The translations under genes were made by a program, and so were the position numbers. Source: a virus (lineage: Duplodnaviria > Caudoviricetes). From it: 54,678 nt of DNA. Under the pieces are notes generated by a model that did no database searches, was not told the origin of the DNA, and worked only from the letters and a program-made list of their open reading frames with translations. Positions within the stretch are counted from its first letter, which is position 1; the number at the start of each line of letters is the position of its first letter. Shown here piece after piece: positions 36,619 through 45,209 of the stretch. The stretch spans positions 1-54,678 of the IMG/VR virus record IMGVR_UViG_3300008450_000050. One strand, given 5' to 3'.

Positions 36619-38799
36619 TTAGAACTGCCCCGGAGGGTTAGGCATCTGGACAAGCCCCGGAGGGGGTGGGAGGTTCGTGCGCCCCGGCATGTCGGGACGA
36701 AGCGGCATCGGCGCCGGGCGTCCGTCAGATCCGATCCCCGGAGGCATCTGGGGCGGCATGGGCGGTTGCATCGGCATATCAGGCGGCGTCATGCTGCCCG
36801 GCTGGAAAGGAAGCCCCGGAAGCGGCCCTGAGGGGACCGGGGCGGGCGGCAGGTTCGGGCTGACATTCGCCATGATCGCCGGAAGGACGGACATCGCAGT
36901 CGCGGCCTGTCGCGCCATCGCATCGGCGCGGGATTTCTCAGCCGACGCAGCGTCCTTGTCGATCTTGGCGATCTCGGCGGCCTTCTGGATCGCCATGATC
37001 TCCATCTGCTCGGGCGGCGGGGGCGGCGGGGCCTGTTCAAGGATCGTCGCGATGCCGTTGGCAAGGTTCTCAGGCAGCGGCGAGAGCTTGAACAACTGCG
37101 CCATGAGCGCCGGGTTGGCCTGCGCGACAGGGGCGATCATCGAGATCATCGACTGGATCACCGCCCAATTGCGTTCGCGGGCGTTCGGGGCGCTCGGCGC
37201 CTCGTCCACCACCACGTCATATTCGCCCATGACGAATTCGCGGCGCAGCGGAAGATATTGCTCGTATTCCGGCCCAACGATTTTCACCAGACGGCCATCG
37301 GAAAGGTACTGCTGGATCATCAGCAACAGCGCCTCGCCGTGGGACTTGTAGTAGTGCCGCAGCCCGTCGAAATAGGGCTGCAAGATCGTGATGCCGGCCT
37401 GCCTGCGCTGCGTCTCGACAATGCCCGGCTGGTTGGCATCGCGCATGCCGAGCATTTCGAGGTTCACGCCGGTGATGAGCGGCATGGTGGACATCGAGAA
37501 TTGCAGCATGTCGGCCTGCCCCTGAGGCAGAGCCGTCGTCGGCTTAGGCTGGATCTTCGACATGCCGTTCTTGGCAACCCAAGTGATGGCGTCGCTTTTG
37601 GCCCAGCTTTCAGCAGCTTCCTTATCATCCTCAAACGCGCCAAGTTCGGCCATAATGCCGCCCTTCGCGTTGCTGTTGAGGATGTGCATGATCTGGCTGA
37701 ACAGCTTGTTCGTCCAGCGCTGGGGGTCTTTCATCGGGCGAACGAGCCCGTAGAAATGCCCCTTGTTGTGGTCGCGCTTGCCGGTCATGAACTTGTAGGT
37801 GAAATGCCCCGGAATAGGGGTTTCCTTCACCTCCAAGACCACCTGCCCGATGAAGGCGCGGCGATAAACGCGGCGGTACTGCTGAACGACCTGCTGAGGC
37901 GGGGCGATCCCCATCATCATCATGTCGTCAGGCGTCATCTGAGCCAGGCGTGCGGCCAGAACCTCGAATTGCTCCTGCGTGACGGTGACTTCCTCGCCCG
38001 TCATCCCGTCAATGAAGCGGGTGAAAGGCTCACGCTCAAACCACTGGCATTCGACAATCGTGACCTCACGACCGGAGCCGGGCTCGCGGTCGGATTTCTC
38101 GTCGTAAGCCTCGCCGGGGTTGTTGCGCGTGATGTCGCCCGACTTGCCCGCAGCCCAGCCGGCATGCAGCACGGCCGGATCGGCCTCCGGGAACATCGCA
38201 AGCGCCTCGTCCTCGGGCATCGTGCGAATGCGCCAGACGCGCTTGGCATCGGTGTGGTTAGGCTTGCGCGAGGCATAGTCCGGGAACACCTCGAAAGGGT
38301 CCGTGCGCTCGATCACGGGCGCCCCATCAGGGTTCGTCTCGTAGTCAACGCGCATTTCGACCGCGCCGCGACCGCAGATCACCATGTCGCGGAAGGCGTC
38401 GGATTCCTCGTCTTCGGCGTGAGCCTGATCGCGGAACCAATCGCCAGCGCTGGTCAGCATCTCGTTAACGCCGACATCGCCCTGCTTGCGGGGGATGAAG
38501 CGGATTTCCGTGCGGTTGCTGACCTGAAAGCCGCACACGCTGTCGATCATGGGGCCGACGCGGTTGAAGCTCGATGCCGGGCGGTTCTGCTCGGCCAGGA
38601 TTTGCTTGTCTTCCTCCGACCACTGCTCGCCAGCGACGAAATCGAAGTCTTCCTTCGCGCCCTCTTCGCCGTCAGGGCCGTCCTTCCATTCAAGGAAGTG
38701 GTCGTGATCGGGCTGAAACCAGTCCTTCAGCCGCGACAGGAGAGCGTCATCGTCTTCGGCGCTCAGCAGATCGCGTGTGGGGGTTTCAGCGTCGGCCAC
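36619..38799 (-). CDS. portal protein (P22-like)
   Basis: GEQW...RP...FNR, YGLVRPMKDPQRWTNK; Pro-rich tail. Confidence 0.9.
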   Translation of the reverse strand: MADAETPTRDLLSAEDDDALLSRLKDWFQPDHDHFLEWKDGPDGEEGAKEDFDFVAGEQWSEEDKQILAEQNRPASSFNRVGPMIDSVCGFQVSNRTEIRFIPRKQGDVGVNEMLTSAGDWFRDQAHAEDEESDAFRDMVICGRGAVEMRVDYETNPDGAPVIERTDPFEVFPDYASRKPNHTDAKRVWRIRTMPEDEALAMFPEADPAVLHAGWAAGKSGDITRNNPGEAYDEKSDREPGSGREVTIVECQWFEREPFTRFIDGMTGEEVTVTQEQFEVLAARLAQMTPDDMMMMGIAPPQQVVQQYRRVYRRAFIGQVVLEVKETPIPGHFTYKFMTGKRDHNKGHFYGLVRPMKDPQRWTNKLFSQIMHILNSNAKGGIMAELGAFEDDKEAAESWAKSDAITWVAKNGMSKIQPKPTTALPQGQADMLQFSMSTMPLITGVNLEMLGMRDANQPGIVETQRRQAGITILQPYFDGLRHYYKSHGEALLLMIQQYLSDGRLVKIVGPEYEQYLPLRREFVMGEYDVVVDEAPSAPNARERNWAVIQSMISMIAPVAQANPALMAQLFKLSPLPENLANGIATILEQAPPPPPPEQMEIMAIQKAAEIAKIDKDAASAEKSRADAMARQAATAMSVLPAIMANVSPNLPPAPVPSGPLPGLPFQPGSMTPPDMPMQPPMPPQMPPGIGSDGRPAPMPLRPDMPGRTNLPPPPGLVQMPNPPGQF

Positions 38800-38802
38800 G
38801 GG

Positions 38803-39276
38803 TTAACCGATCTGCGTACGAATGAGGGCAAGGGCTTCCGTCAGGCCCGCGTCGGTCGGCTCAAAGCCTTCGACGGCGCCATGACCTTCGCCATGCTTGG
38901 TGACGATGCGGATGGACAGCATTTCGGCGTCCTGCTCGATGTCGAGGTGTTCGATGTCGCGGCAGAAGCCGTTGGCCCATGCAACGCAGGCGTCGTAAAT
39001 GTCTTCGCGAGACAGCGTGGCGGCCTTGGTGCGGGCGCTGGCGGGCTTCTCAGCCTTGGGCGCGGGGGCAGGCTCGGAGTCGGGCTCGGGGGCCTCAGGC
39101 GCGTCCTCTGACGGCTCCGGTGTGCCCGGCTTAGAGTCGGGATCGGTCAGCGCTTCCTCGATAGCCGCGATCAGCTTGGCCGCGCCCCAGCGCTTGTCGA
39201 ACTCGATGCCGCGAACCTCTGCGAACTCGGCAAGCTCGTCTTTGGACATGGTGGAGAAATCGGGATGATCGGTCAT
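38803..39276 (-). CDS. hypothetical protein with N-terminal helix-extension-helix-like module
   Basis: MSKDELAEFAEVRGI...KLIAAI. Confidence 0.7.
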   Translation of the reverse strand: MTDHPDFSTMSKDELAEFAEVRGIEFDKRWGAAKLIAAIEEALTDPDSKPGTPEPSEDAPEAPEPDSEPAPAPKAEKPASARTKAATLSREDIYDACVAWANGFCRDIEHLDIEQDAEMLSIRIVTKHGEGHGAVEGFEPTDAGLTEALALIRTQIG

Positions 39277-39479
39277 GCTCTGATCCCCGCATCAACACCG
39301 GGGCTCCTGAGCAGAGGCCGCCCCTGTCTTAGAGTCTCGGCCTCACGGTGTTCCGCCCCGCTTTTGATGTAGCGCTCGATCTCGCTCGCGACGTGGACGA
39401 CGTTGCTTTGACCCGCTCCGGCGCGGATGGCGAGGTCAACTGCATTGTAGCGGAGCTGTTCTTCTGGCTTCATGTCCAT
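39273..39479 (-). CDS. hypothetical protein
   Basis: GAGG RBS; ATGA coupling. Confidence 0.65.
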   Translation of the reverse strand: MDMKPEEQLRYNAVDLAIRAGAGQSNVVHVASEIERYIKSGAEHREAETLRQGRPLLRSPGVDAGIRA

Positions 39480-39513
39480 GGGGGCCTCAGGGGTTGCTCA
39501 TGCTCGCGGCATG

Positions 39514-39540
39514 AAAAAGCCCGCCGGTTAGGGCGGGCTG
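39514..39540 (-). terminator. intrinsic terminator after RNA genes
   Basis: AGCCCGCC-CTAACC-GGCGGGCT followed by T run. Confidence 0.88.
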
Positions 39541-39545
39541 TTGAA

Positions 39546-39712
39546 TCGTGCGGGCCGGGCTTGATACCGGCTTTCAGCTTTTATCGGGGATCTCGCCTAG
39601 CGCTTTCGCGCCCCGGCTTCGGACGGCACCGTGCCTACCTGACCGTCCACCCTTGGGAGCCGGGCACCCGGCTTGCTGTCTTGTCCTCTCAGCGGCTCTT
39701 GCCGCCGCACGA
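39546..39712 (-). ncRNA. candidate ~167-nt structured RNA with tRNA-like ends
   Basis: 8-bp closing stem, T-arm-like hairpin, GAAA tetraloop; between tRNA and terminator. Confidence 0.6.
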
Positions 39713-39715
39713 AGA

Positions 39716-39790
39716 TGGAGCCCTAGGACGGATTTGAACCGCCGACCCGCTGTTTACAAAACAGCCGCTCTACCACTGAGCTACACGGGC
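39716..39790 (-). tRNA. tRNA-Thr(TGT) with two acceptor-stem mismatches
   Basis: D arm TAGCTCAGTGGTAGAGC, GCTGT-TTTGTAA-ACAGC, TTCAAAT T loop, encoded CCA. Confidence 0.85.
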
Positions 39791-39819
39791 GAATTTGATT
39801 GGCTTGGTGACGCGAATTG

Positions 39820-39860
39820 CCACTCTGCACATCAGTAGCGCGATCCGCTGATACAATCAA
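39820..39860 (-). promoter_or_regulatory. conserved late-promoter element, copy 2
   Basis: TTGATT-N17-TACTGA-TGTGCAGAGTGG. Confidence 0.7.
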
Positions 39861-40004
39861 GCGGTTTTGCAAGATTGTGGGTGGAGACGGCGACGAGGTG
39901 ATTAACGGGAATGCACGTTATGGGAGGCCCGATCATCCCTTGTTGTGAACAGACACGCCGACTTGCCTGCGGAGATCCCTCCCGAATTTAGATACGCGCG
40001 AAGC

Positions 40005-40385
40005 TCACGGCTTCGCCACCTCGATAGCGGGCGGGACGAGGGGCGGGAGCCTGTTAGGCTCTGCCGGGGCCTCTTTAAGCCCCATGAAATAGGCGATCTC
40101 CTCCGGGGAAAACTGCGCGGCCCGAACGATTTCAAGAGCGCGCTCATAGTCCTGCTCGTGCAGGGCGACGAGTTCTTCATCCGTCAGCGGGCGGGTGGCG
40201 CTTAGCTCAATGATGCAATCGGCCCCTTCGTCGCTGTCCCATGCAGAACTGCCGATCTCGACACGCTCAACTGGAATGCCGGCCTTCTCTGCCAACCCCG
40301 CTGCTACCCTTGCAAGGTGAGCGAACGTGCCGTTGACGAACGTGGCTTCAAACGTCTTGTGGTACAACGTCATCGCCGCTCGCAT
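40005..40385 (-). CDS. hypothetical protein
   Basis: 126-aa ORF; start uncertain. Confidence 0.55.
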   Translation of the reverse strand: MRAAMTLYHKTFEATFVNGTFAHLARVAAGLAEKAGIPVERVEIGSSAWDSDEGADCIIELSATRPLTDEELVALHEQDYERALEIVRAAQFSPEEIAYFMGLKEAPAEPNRLPPLVPPAIEVAKP

Positions 40386-40449
40386 GATTGAGAAATCGAC
40401 GCGAGAATACTAGCAAATGCGGTCTGTGCGTACAAGCAAAACAGGCAGT

Positions 40450-40773
40450 TTACGCCGCGTTTACCCGCTGAAATCCGGTGTTTTTCGCCATCATTCGCGC
40501 CAGATACGCAGCGCCCTTCGCCGTCACGACACCAGACGCCAGAGACGCCCCGTATTCGATCAGCCCGCGTTTGTGAGCCCGCTCGCACGCAGCGAACGCA
40601 ATCTCAACCGGAGCGCCTGTCACCCGTGCGATTTCCTCATGAGGCGCGCCAGGAAGAGGCTTGCCGAACCGCAATGCGACCATGAGCGCCTTGCTGCGCT
40701 GGTCGAACGCGAGCAGGACGGCGATGTCGGGGATGTCGGAGGCTTTCCAGCCTGTGATGCTCGCGGTGATCAT
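40450..40773 (-). CDS. hypothetical protein, possible winged helix
   Basis: ATGA-coupled to HTH gene; RGLIEYG...VTAKG. Confidence 0.6.
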   Translation of the reverse strand: MITASITGWKASDIPDIAVLLAFDQRSKALMVALRFGKPLPGAPHEEIARVTGAPVEIAFAACERAHKRGLIEYGASLASGVVTAKGAAYLARMMAKNTGFQRVNAA

Positions 40774-40982
40774 GGCTGCTTGCCCGGCCTCTGCCCCGTT
40801 TTCCGATAGACGCCGATCCAACACTCAACAGCGGCTTTGACCGGCCCCGGCACGGGCGTCTGAGAATTCACGTAGCGCCATACCTGCGTGCGGTCGATGT
40901 GAAGGGCGGAAGCGAGCGCAGAAACCCACCCGCGCTCGCCCCACATTTCAATGGCCGCAGCCTTTAGCTCGTCAGGCGTCAT
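40770..40982 (-). CDS. small Cro/Xre-type HTH protein
   Basis: WVSALASALHIDRTQVWRYVNSQTPVP; overlaps Ro60 stop. Confidence 0.8.
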   Translation of the reverse strand: MTPDELKAAAIEMWGERGWVSALASALHIDRTQVWRYVNSQTPVPGPVKAAVECWIGVYRKTGQRPGKQP

Positions 40983-42303
40983 TCCGCTCATGCTCTGCGA
41001 TGAAGCGGATGACGTTCTCGCTGAACCCGTCCAGATGCGTCCACTTGCCGTAGCCGACGCCGTTTCGGGCGCTGGCGACGTTGATCATGTACGCATGCTT
41101 GGCGACGGGATCGGGAACGCGATCCTGCGACTGCTCGTCGGTGATGACAATCAGCCGATCATGCGGCGCCCGATTGACGGCCGAGATAGCCTGCCCCAGC
41201 AACGTGCCGGAATGCGGCTGCGAGCGGATCACCGCGTCAACACCGGCCATGCCACGGCGCGGCGGGACTTCGACCAGCGCTTCGCTGAACGTCATCACCC
41301 GCAAATCGCCATGGATGACGCTGGCGAGTGCCGCCGCCGCATCCATGCGCGTCAGATCAGAGCGGGACGACAGCTTGTCGCCCATCGATCCTGACACGTC
41401 TACCAGTACAATCGTCTTGCCCGGCAATGCCGGAGACGTAGCGATGGCCTCACACAGCGCCGTGTCGATCACGGGCTCCAACTGCGGGACCGCGCGAGCC
41501 GCCGCCACATAGCGGAACGGCAGAACGCGAGCCGAGCCCTTACGCGCCAAGACGGCCTCGCGCACCAGATCCAGATCGCAGCCGGCTTCCACCATGTTGC
41601 GCAGATTGCGCAGCAAGGCGAGGTAGCCGAGCTTGCCCTCGCGGATCATGCGTTCGAACGTCTCGCGCTTGTCGGCGCCGCCAGAAAGGTTGACCTCCCA
41701 GGTATCGGGCGTGGTCAGCTCGTTCTTGGCAAGGCGCTTCCACAGATCGGCGCGCGCCTCCGTATCCGGCTTCGCATGGCACAGGAACAGCACGTCGCGC
41801 AGCTTCACCGCATTGTCGCGGTTGTATTTGGCGAGGGCGTATTCATCGAACTTGAGGAAGGCACGGGCGAGCCCGCGCTTCATCGCCGCCGAAAGCTTCG
41901 ACTTTACCCGATCCGGGGTGACGCCGTTAACCTTGGCGTGGATAGCAACCAGTTCAGCCAACTCGTCGGCGCGCTGGATCACGTTGAACACCGCGTCCTC
42001 AACCACCTTGCCGCCGGAATGGCGAGCAAGCGCAGAAGTCAGGAACAGCGGGGCATGGCGCAGATGCTGGACAGAACGGGCCTCAAAGGCGAGCGCCGCG
42101 ACCTTCTCCGGCGCTACCTTGCCGGCGAGATCAGCGATGCGATCTGCGATGGTGACGCCGCCTTCGTAGAACTCGCTCTCCCAAAGGAGGCAAGACAGGA
42201 CTGAGCGGCGCAGCGCCTGCTCGTCCGTGATGCGCTTGGCCGGCGCACCCTCAAAGGTCGTGTGGTTTCCGTAAGCGTAGGCAGACCGAACGTTGACGCG
42301 CAT
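40972..42303 (-). CDS. rsr: Ro60 (TROVE plus vWA) RNA-binding protein
   Basis: TROVE-like helical region (FDEYALAKY, TPDTWE, ALLRNLRN) and vWA DVSGS/ITDEQ motifs. Confidence 0.93.
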   Translation of the reverse strand: MRVNVRSAYAYGNHTTFEGAPAKRITDEQALRRSVLSCLLWESEFYEGGVTIADRIADLAGKVAPEKVAALAFEARSVQHLRHAPLFLTSALARHSGGKVVEDAVFNVIQRADELAELVAIHAKVNGVTPDRVKSKLSAAMKRGLARAFLKFDEYALAKYNRDNAVKLRDVLFLCHAKPDTEARADLWKRLAKNELTTPDTWEVNLSGGADKRETFERMIREGKLGYLALLRNLRNMVEAGCDLDLVREAVLARKGSARVLPFRYVAAARAVPQLEPVIDTALCEAIATSPALPGKTIVLVDVSGSMGDKLSSRSDLTRMDAAAALASVIHGDLRVMTFSEALVEVPPRRGMAGVDAVIRSQPHSGTLLGQAISAVNRAPHDRLIVITDEQSQDRVPDPVAKHAYMINVASARNGVGYGKWTHLDGFSENVIRFIAEHERNDA

Positions 42304-42340
42304 GGCGTGCTCCTGCGTTTGGCCTGTAACGCAGCATAGC

Positions 42341-42474
42341 GAGAGGGCGGAAAAGGCGGCTTCGGAACGTTTGGTGCTCTACCCCTGAGCTACAGAGCTT
42401 GCGCCCTGACGGGATTTGAACCCGCGACCCCCACCTTACAAAGGGAAGTAACCGAAACCTACGCCAGCCCACTC
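42341..42474 (-). ncRNA. yrlA: YrlA-like Y RNA with permuted tRNA domain
   Basis: Terminal stem enclosing T arm, loop-closed acceptor stem and D arm in that order; directly upstream of Ro60. Confidence 0.85.
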
Positions 42475-42479
42475 GTTAT

Positions 42480-42550
42480 GCTGCCCGGGAATGAGCGGAT
42501 GCGGCCTCACTGCTCCCAAAGAAGTAGCCGCGCCCTACGCCACAGGCAGC
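42480..42550 (-). ncRNA. short second Y RNA candidate (71 nt, no tRNA domain)
   Basis: GCTGCCTG/CGGGCAGC stem; shares TGGCGTAGG...CGG(C/T)TACTTC...TTCC with the adjacent RNA. Confidence 0.72.
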
Positions 42551-42553
42551 ACT

Positions 42554-42584
42554 TATATGGCACGTCATGTTGCAATCTGCAACA
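42554..42584 (-). promoter_or_regulatory. promoter with palindromic operator for Y RNA-Ro60 module
   Basis: TTGCAG-N17-CATATA; TGTTGCA-N3-TGCAACA overlaps the -35. Confidence 0.68.
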
Positions 42585-42590
42585 CCTATT

Positions 42591-45209
42591 TCATGCAGCC
42601 ATCCAGCTCTTGCCGCCCCGCTTGGGGGCCTTGAAGTCATAGCCGCGACGCTCTGCCCGCTCCTCACGCTCCGGCGCAATATGCTCCGCAAACGTCAGCG
42701 CAACCGCATCCCACAAGTCAGGGGAGATGACGCCACGACGGCGCATGTCCTCTTTCTTTTCGAGCTGGAGGCGCGTCAGGCTGTCGTACTTATAGCCCGG
42801 CCCGCAGGCGTCCGCTTGCAGCGCATCTTCGTCGGGGATGTCGGCGCCGGCCTCGTCCTCAAGCCACTTCTTCGACCGCATCCAGATTTCAGCGCGGCGA
42901 TTGAGAGGCCCGCCGCCGTCAACCGATGGCTCCTCAGGCGAAGAGCCGAAGTTCACCGGCACGACCTTGCGGCCATAGCCCATTTCGCAAAGCCTATCAT
43001 AGACGCCAGCGCCGACACCGCCAACGTCGATGAACAGTTTCACGGGCTTGTCGCTGTCCAGAACCTGCTTGCACCAGCCGGCAGCCTGCATGGTGTTGAG
43101 CCCGGCCTTGCGCTCGACCTTGATCAGCTTTCGGCCCTTGCGCCAGGCCATTGCGTGACGGTCAGATCCCGTCCACGCCGGATCATAGCCGATGACGAGC
43201 GGGCCAGATGCCTCATGCGTCGCCTTACGGGCTTTGACGATGAGGGGGGCGGGGATGTAGCTGTCGTGGCCGCTCTCTTGGAAAGCCTCCGAAGCGCAGT
43301 TGTGAACCACAACGCCGCTCGCATCGAAACGATGACCGCCCTCGATGGTCAAGTCATAGACAGGGCGGATGCCAACCGGCTCCACCGAAACAACCTCATC
43401 GGCCATGACGACTGCGGACGCGGGGCGGCCCTTGCCCGGCGCCGCACGGCTCATAACGCGATCCTGCTTGCGGGCCGACCGGAAGCCGATTTGCGTTGAG
43501 AAGGCTATTGCCGCGTTACGGGTCAGCCGCAGTTCGTGACCGACATATTCGTGCCCGGAGCTGCGTTTCGTCAGTGACCTAGTGATCGAGACGATACCAA
43601 AGCCCAGCAAAAGGCGCTGAACATCGCGAAGAAATTCGCCGTGCTTGCTGAACAGGATGACCCGCGCGCCATCGCGCGCGCTGAAGCCATCTGCCTCAAA
43701 GAGCCCAGCCAGGAACGCCGCCACTACCGGCCGAGGGCTGCGCCAGATGCAGTCGGGAATATGGACCTTTCGCTTCCATCCGCCGTTGGTGCCGCGCTTG
43801 TCAACGAGGTCGAGTGCCTGCAAGAAAAGCAGCGTCCGCTTGTTGTTAAAGCGAACTTCAGCGCAGCCCTTCTTGTCCCCGATGATCCTAGTTGAGGATT
43901 GGCCGAACAGATCATCGACCAGCCCGACAACCTCGGCCACCACGTCGGCGTCTCCACCGTCGCACGCTATCGAAAGAGTGCTGTCGTGGAAGGAACCGTC
44001 ACCCATGAAGTAGCCAAGGAACAACCCCAGCCTTTCGGTGACAGCAATGCGCGTTGCGGACAACGGCATCTCTGAGAACTCAACAACAGCCTCGCACTCG
44101 GCAAATTTCGGCGCTGAAAGAGAAATTGGCTTGCCGCCAGATTGGCCTGCCGCGACCCATTCGCCATCCGGCATCAAGAGACGGTGGTCTTCTGTGCAAA
44201 GTAGTTGGAAGCCCGATTTAGTCGTCACCGCGACAACCGGCTTATGGCCGCTGCACCACGCCGCAGTAACCCGCCCGAAGGCGGTTACGTCGCCGGCCAC
44301 AACATCAGAAATGGGGATCAGGCCACGGCTCGTCCCGACGCGCTCCCCAGCTTCGACGCAGGCCGGGTACTCCTGTTTGAAGAGATTAGCGTCCCCGCCG
44401 AGTTCTTCGATGGCTCGGCGTCGCCACGCGATCTGCTCCATGTCGAGGCCCCAAGCCTCGCCATACTCCAGCTCTTCGTCGGTCGGATCGAACTCATCGG
44501 GGACTGGCCTGCGATACTCATCCTGCCAAAACCACGGGACGAAGATCGATTGATATTCGCTTTCGCCGTTCTCGGCAGCTTGCCAGCGACGATGAAAGAA
44601 GTTCCCGACGCCGTGAGCTGTGCTCTCCAGGATGATCTCAGTGCCATCAGCGTCTGACACGCCGCGCATGATACCCGCAGCGTGAGTATCAGCGAACGGC
44701 CACAGGGCCACTTCGCTCCCGTGAAAAAGCTGGATTGTCGATGACCGCCCGACGCCGCGCGTCCCGGCGGTGCCTACCTTGTAGCCACTGTCCAGGCGAT
44801 CAAAGAACAGCTCTTTCGCGTTCGCCAGCCCGGTCGAGGGGCGGATGATCGGGGGCACATGCTCATGATAGCGGTTGACCATCTCAAAGAGATTCTGCGT
44901 CGCCGCGTCCTCATGCGTCAAGATAAATGTCCGAACGCCACGCCTATGTGTAGTCGCATGATAGAAGCGAGCGGCAACCAGCGTGCTACATCCTTGCTGG
45001 CGGCCCTTCAAAATCAGCGCGCGAACTCGCCCGGTCTTGGCTTTTTGCTCTTCAAGCTTGGTGTGGATATAGTCCTGCGCCTTATTCAGGATCAAAGGCT
45101 CGATAGACCCGTCTTTCGACCTGATCTTAAGCGCCTTCGCCGCGTAGTGCTTGAAGTCGTCGCGAAGCCGAACCCGGATCGCGATCTCCTCCTCACTTAA
45201 GCTGCGCAA
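42591..45209 (-). CDS. terL: terminase large subunit, intein-containing
   Basis: LKGRQQGCST, FHGSE, ILEST ATPase motifs; IGYDPA and SPDLWDA nuclease motifs. Confidence 0.93.
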   Translation of the reverse strand: MRSLSEEEIAIRVRLRDDFKHYAAKALKIRSKDGSIEPLILNKAQDYIHTKLEEQKAKTGRVRALILKGRQQGCSTLVAARFYHATTHRRGVRTFILTHEDAATQNLFEMVNRYHEHVPPIIRPSTGLANAKELFFDRLDSGYKVGTAGTRGVGRSSTIQLFHGSEVALWPFADTHAAGIMRGVSDADGTEIILESTAHGVGNFFHRRWQAAENGESEYQSIFVPWFWQDEYRRPVPDEFDPTDEELEYGEAWGLDMEQIAWRRRAIEELGGDANLFKQEYPACVEAGERVGTSRGLIPISDVVAGDVTAFGRVTAAWCSGHKPVVAVTTKSGFQLLCTEDHRLLMPDGEWVAAGQSGGKPISLSAPKFAECEAVVEFSEMPLSATRIAVTERLGLFLGYFMGDGSFHDSTLSIACDGGDADVVAEVVGLVDDLFGQSSTRIIGDKKGCAEVRFNNKRTLLFLQALDLVDKRGTNGGWKRKVHIPDCIWRSPRPVVAAFLAGLFEADGFSARDGARVILFSKHGEFLRDVQRLLLGFGIVSITRSLTKRSSGHEYVGHELRLTRNAAIAFSTQIGFRSARKQDRVMSRAAPGKGRPASAVVMADEVVSVEPVGIRPVYDLTIEGGHRFDASGVVVHNCASEAFQESGHDSYIPAPLIVKARKATHEASGPLVIGYDPAWTGSDRHAMAWRKGRKLIKVERKAGLNTMQAAGWCKQVLDSDKPVKLFIDVGGVGAGVYDRLCEMGYGRKVVPVNFGSSPEEPSVDGGGPLNRRAEIWMRSKKWLEDEAGADIPDEDALQADACGPGYKYDSLTRLQLEKKEDMRRRGVISPDLWDAVALTFAEHIAPEREERAERRGYDFKAPKRGGKSWMAA
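43299..44360 (-). mobile_element. 354-aa intein with LAGLIDADG homing endonuclease
   Basis: EYPA|CVEAG start, CTEDH block B, LGYFMGDG and LAGLFEADG, VVHN|C end. Confidence 0.93.

Noticed and set aside
37258-39111. 617-aa plus-strand ORF and other long antisense ORFs (e.g. 23877..25022, 26780..27919, 1814..2632)
   Set aside because: Shadows of high-GC genes on the opposite strand, with no recognisable motifs
39680-39695. CUGAGAG as a hammerhead ribozyme core
   Set aside because: Does not match CUGANGA and lacks the required stem and GAAA arrangement
42372-42445. A second ordinary tRNA gene
   Set aside because: Arms are in T-acceptor-D order with a closed acceptor, which fits a YrlA-type RNA
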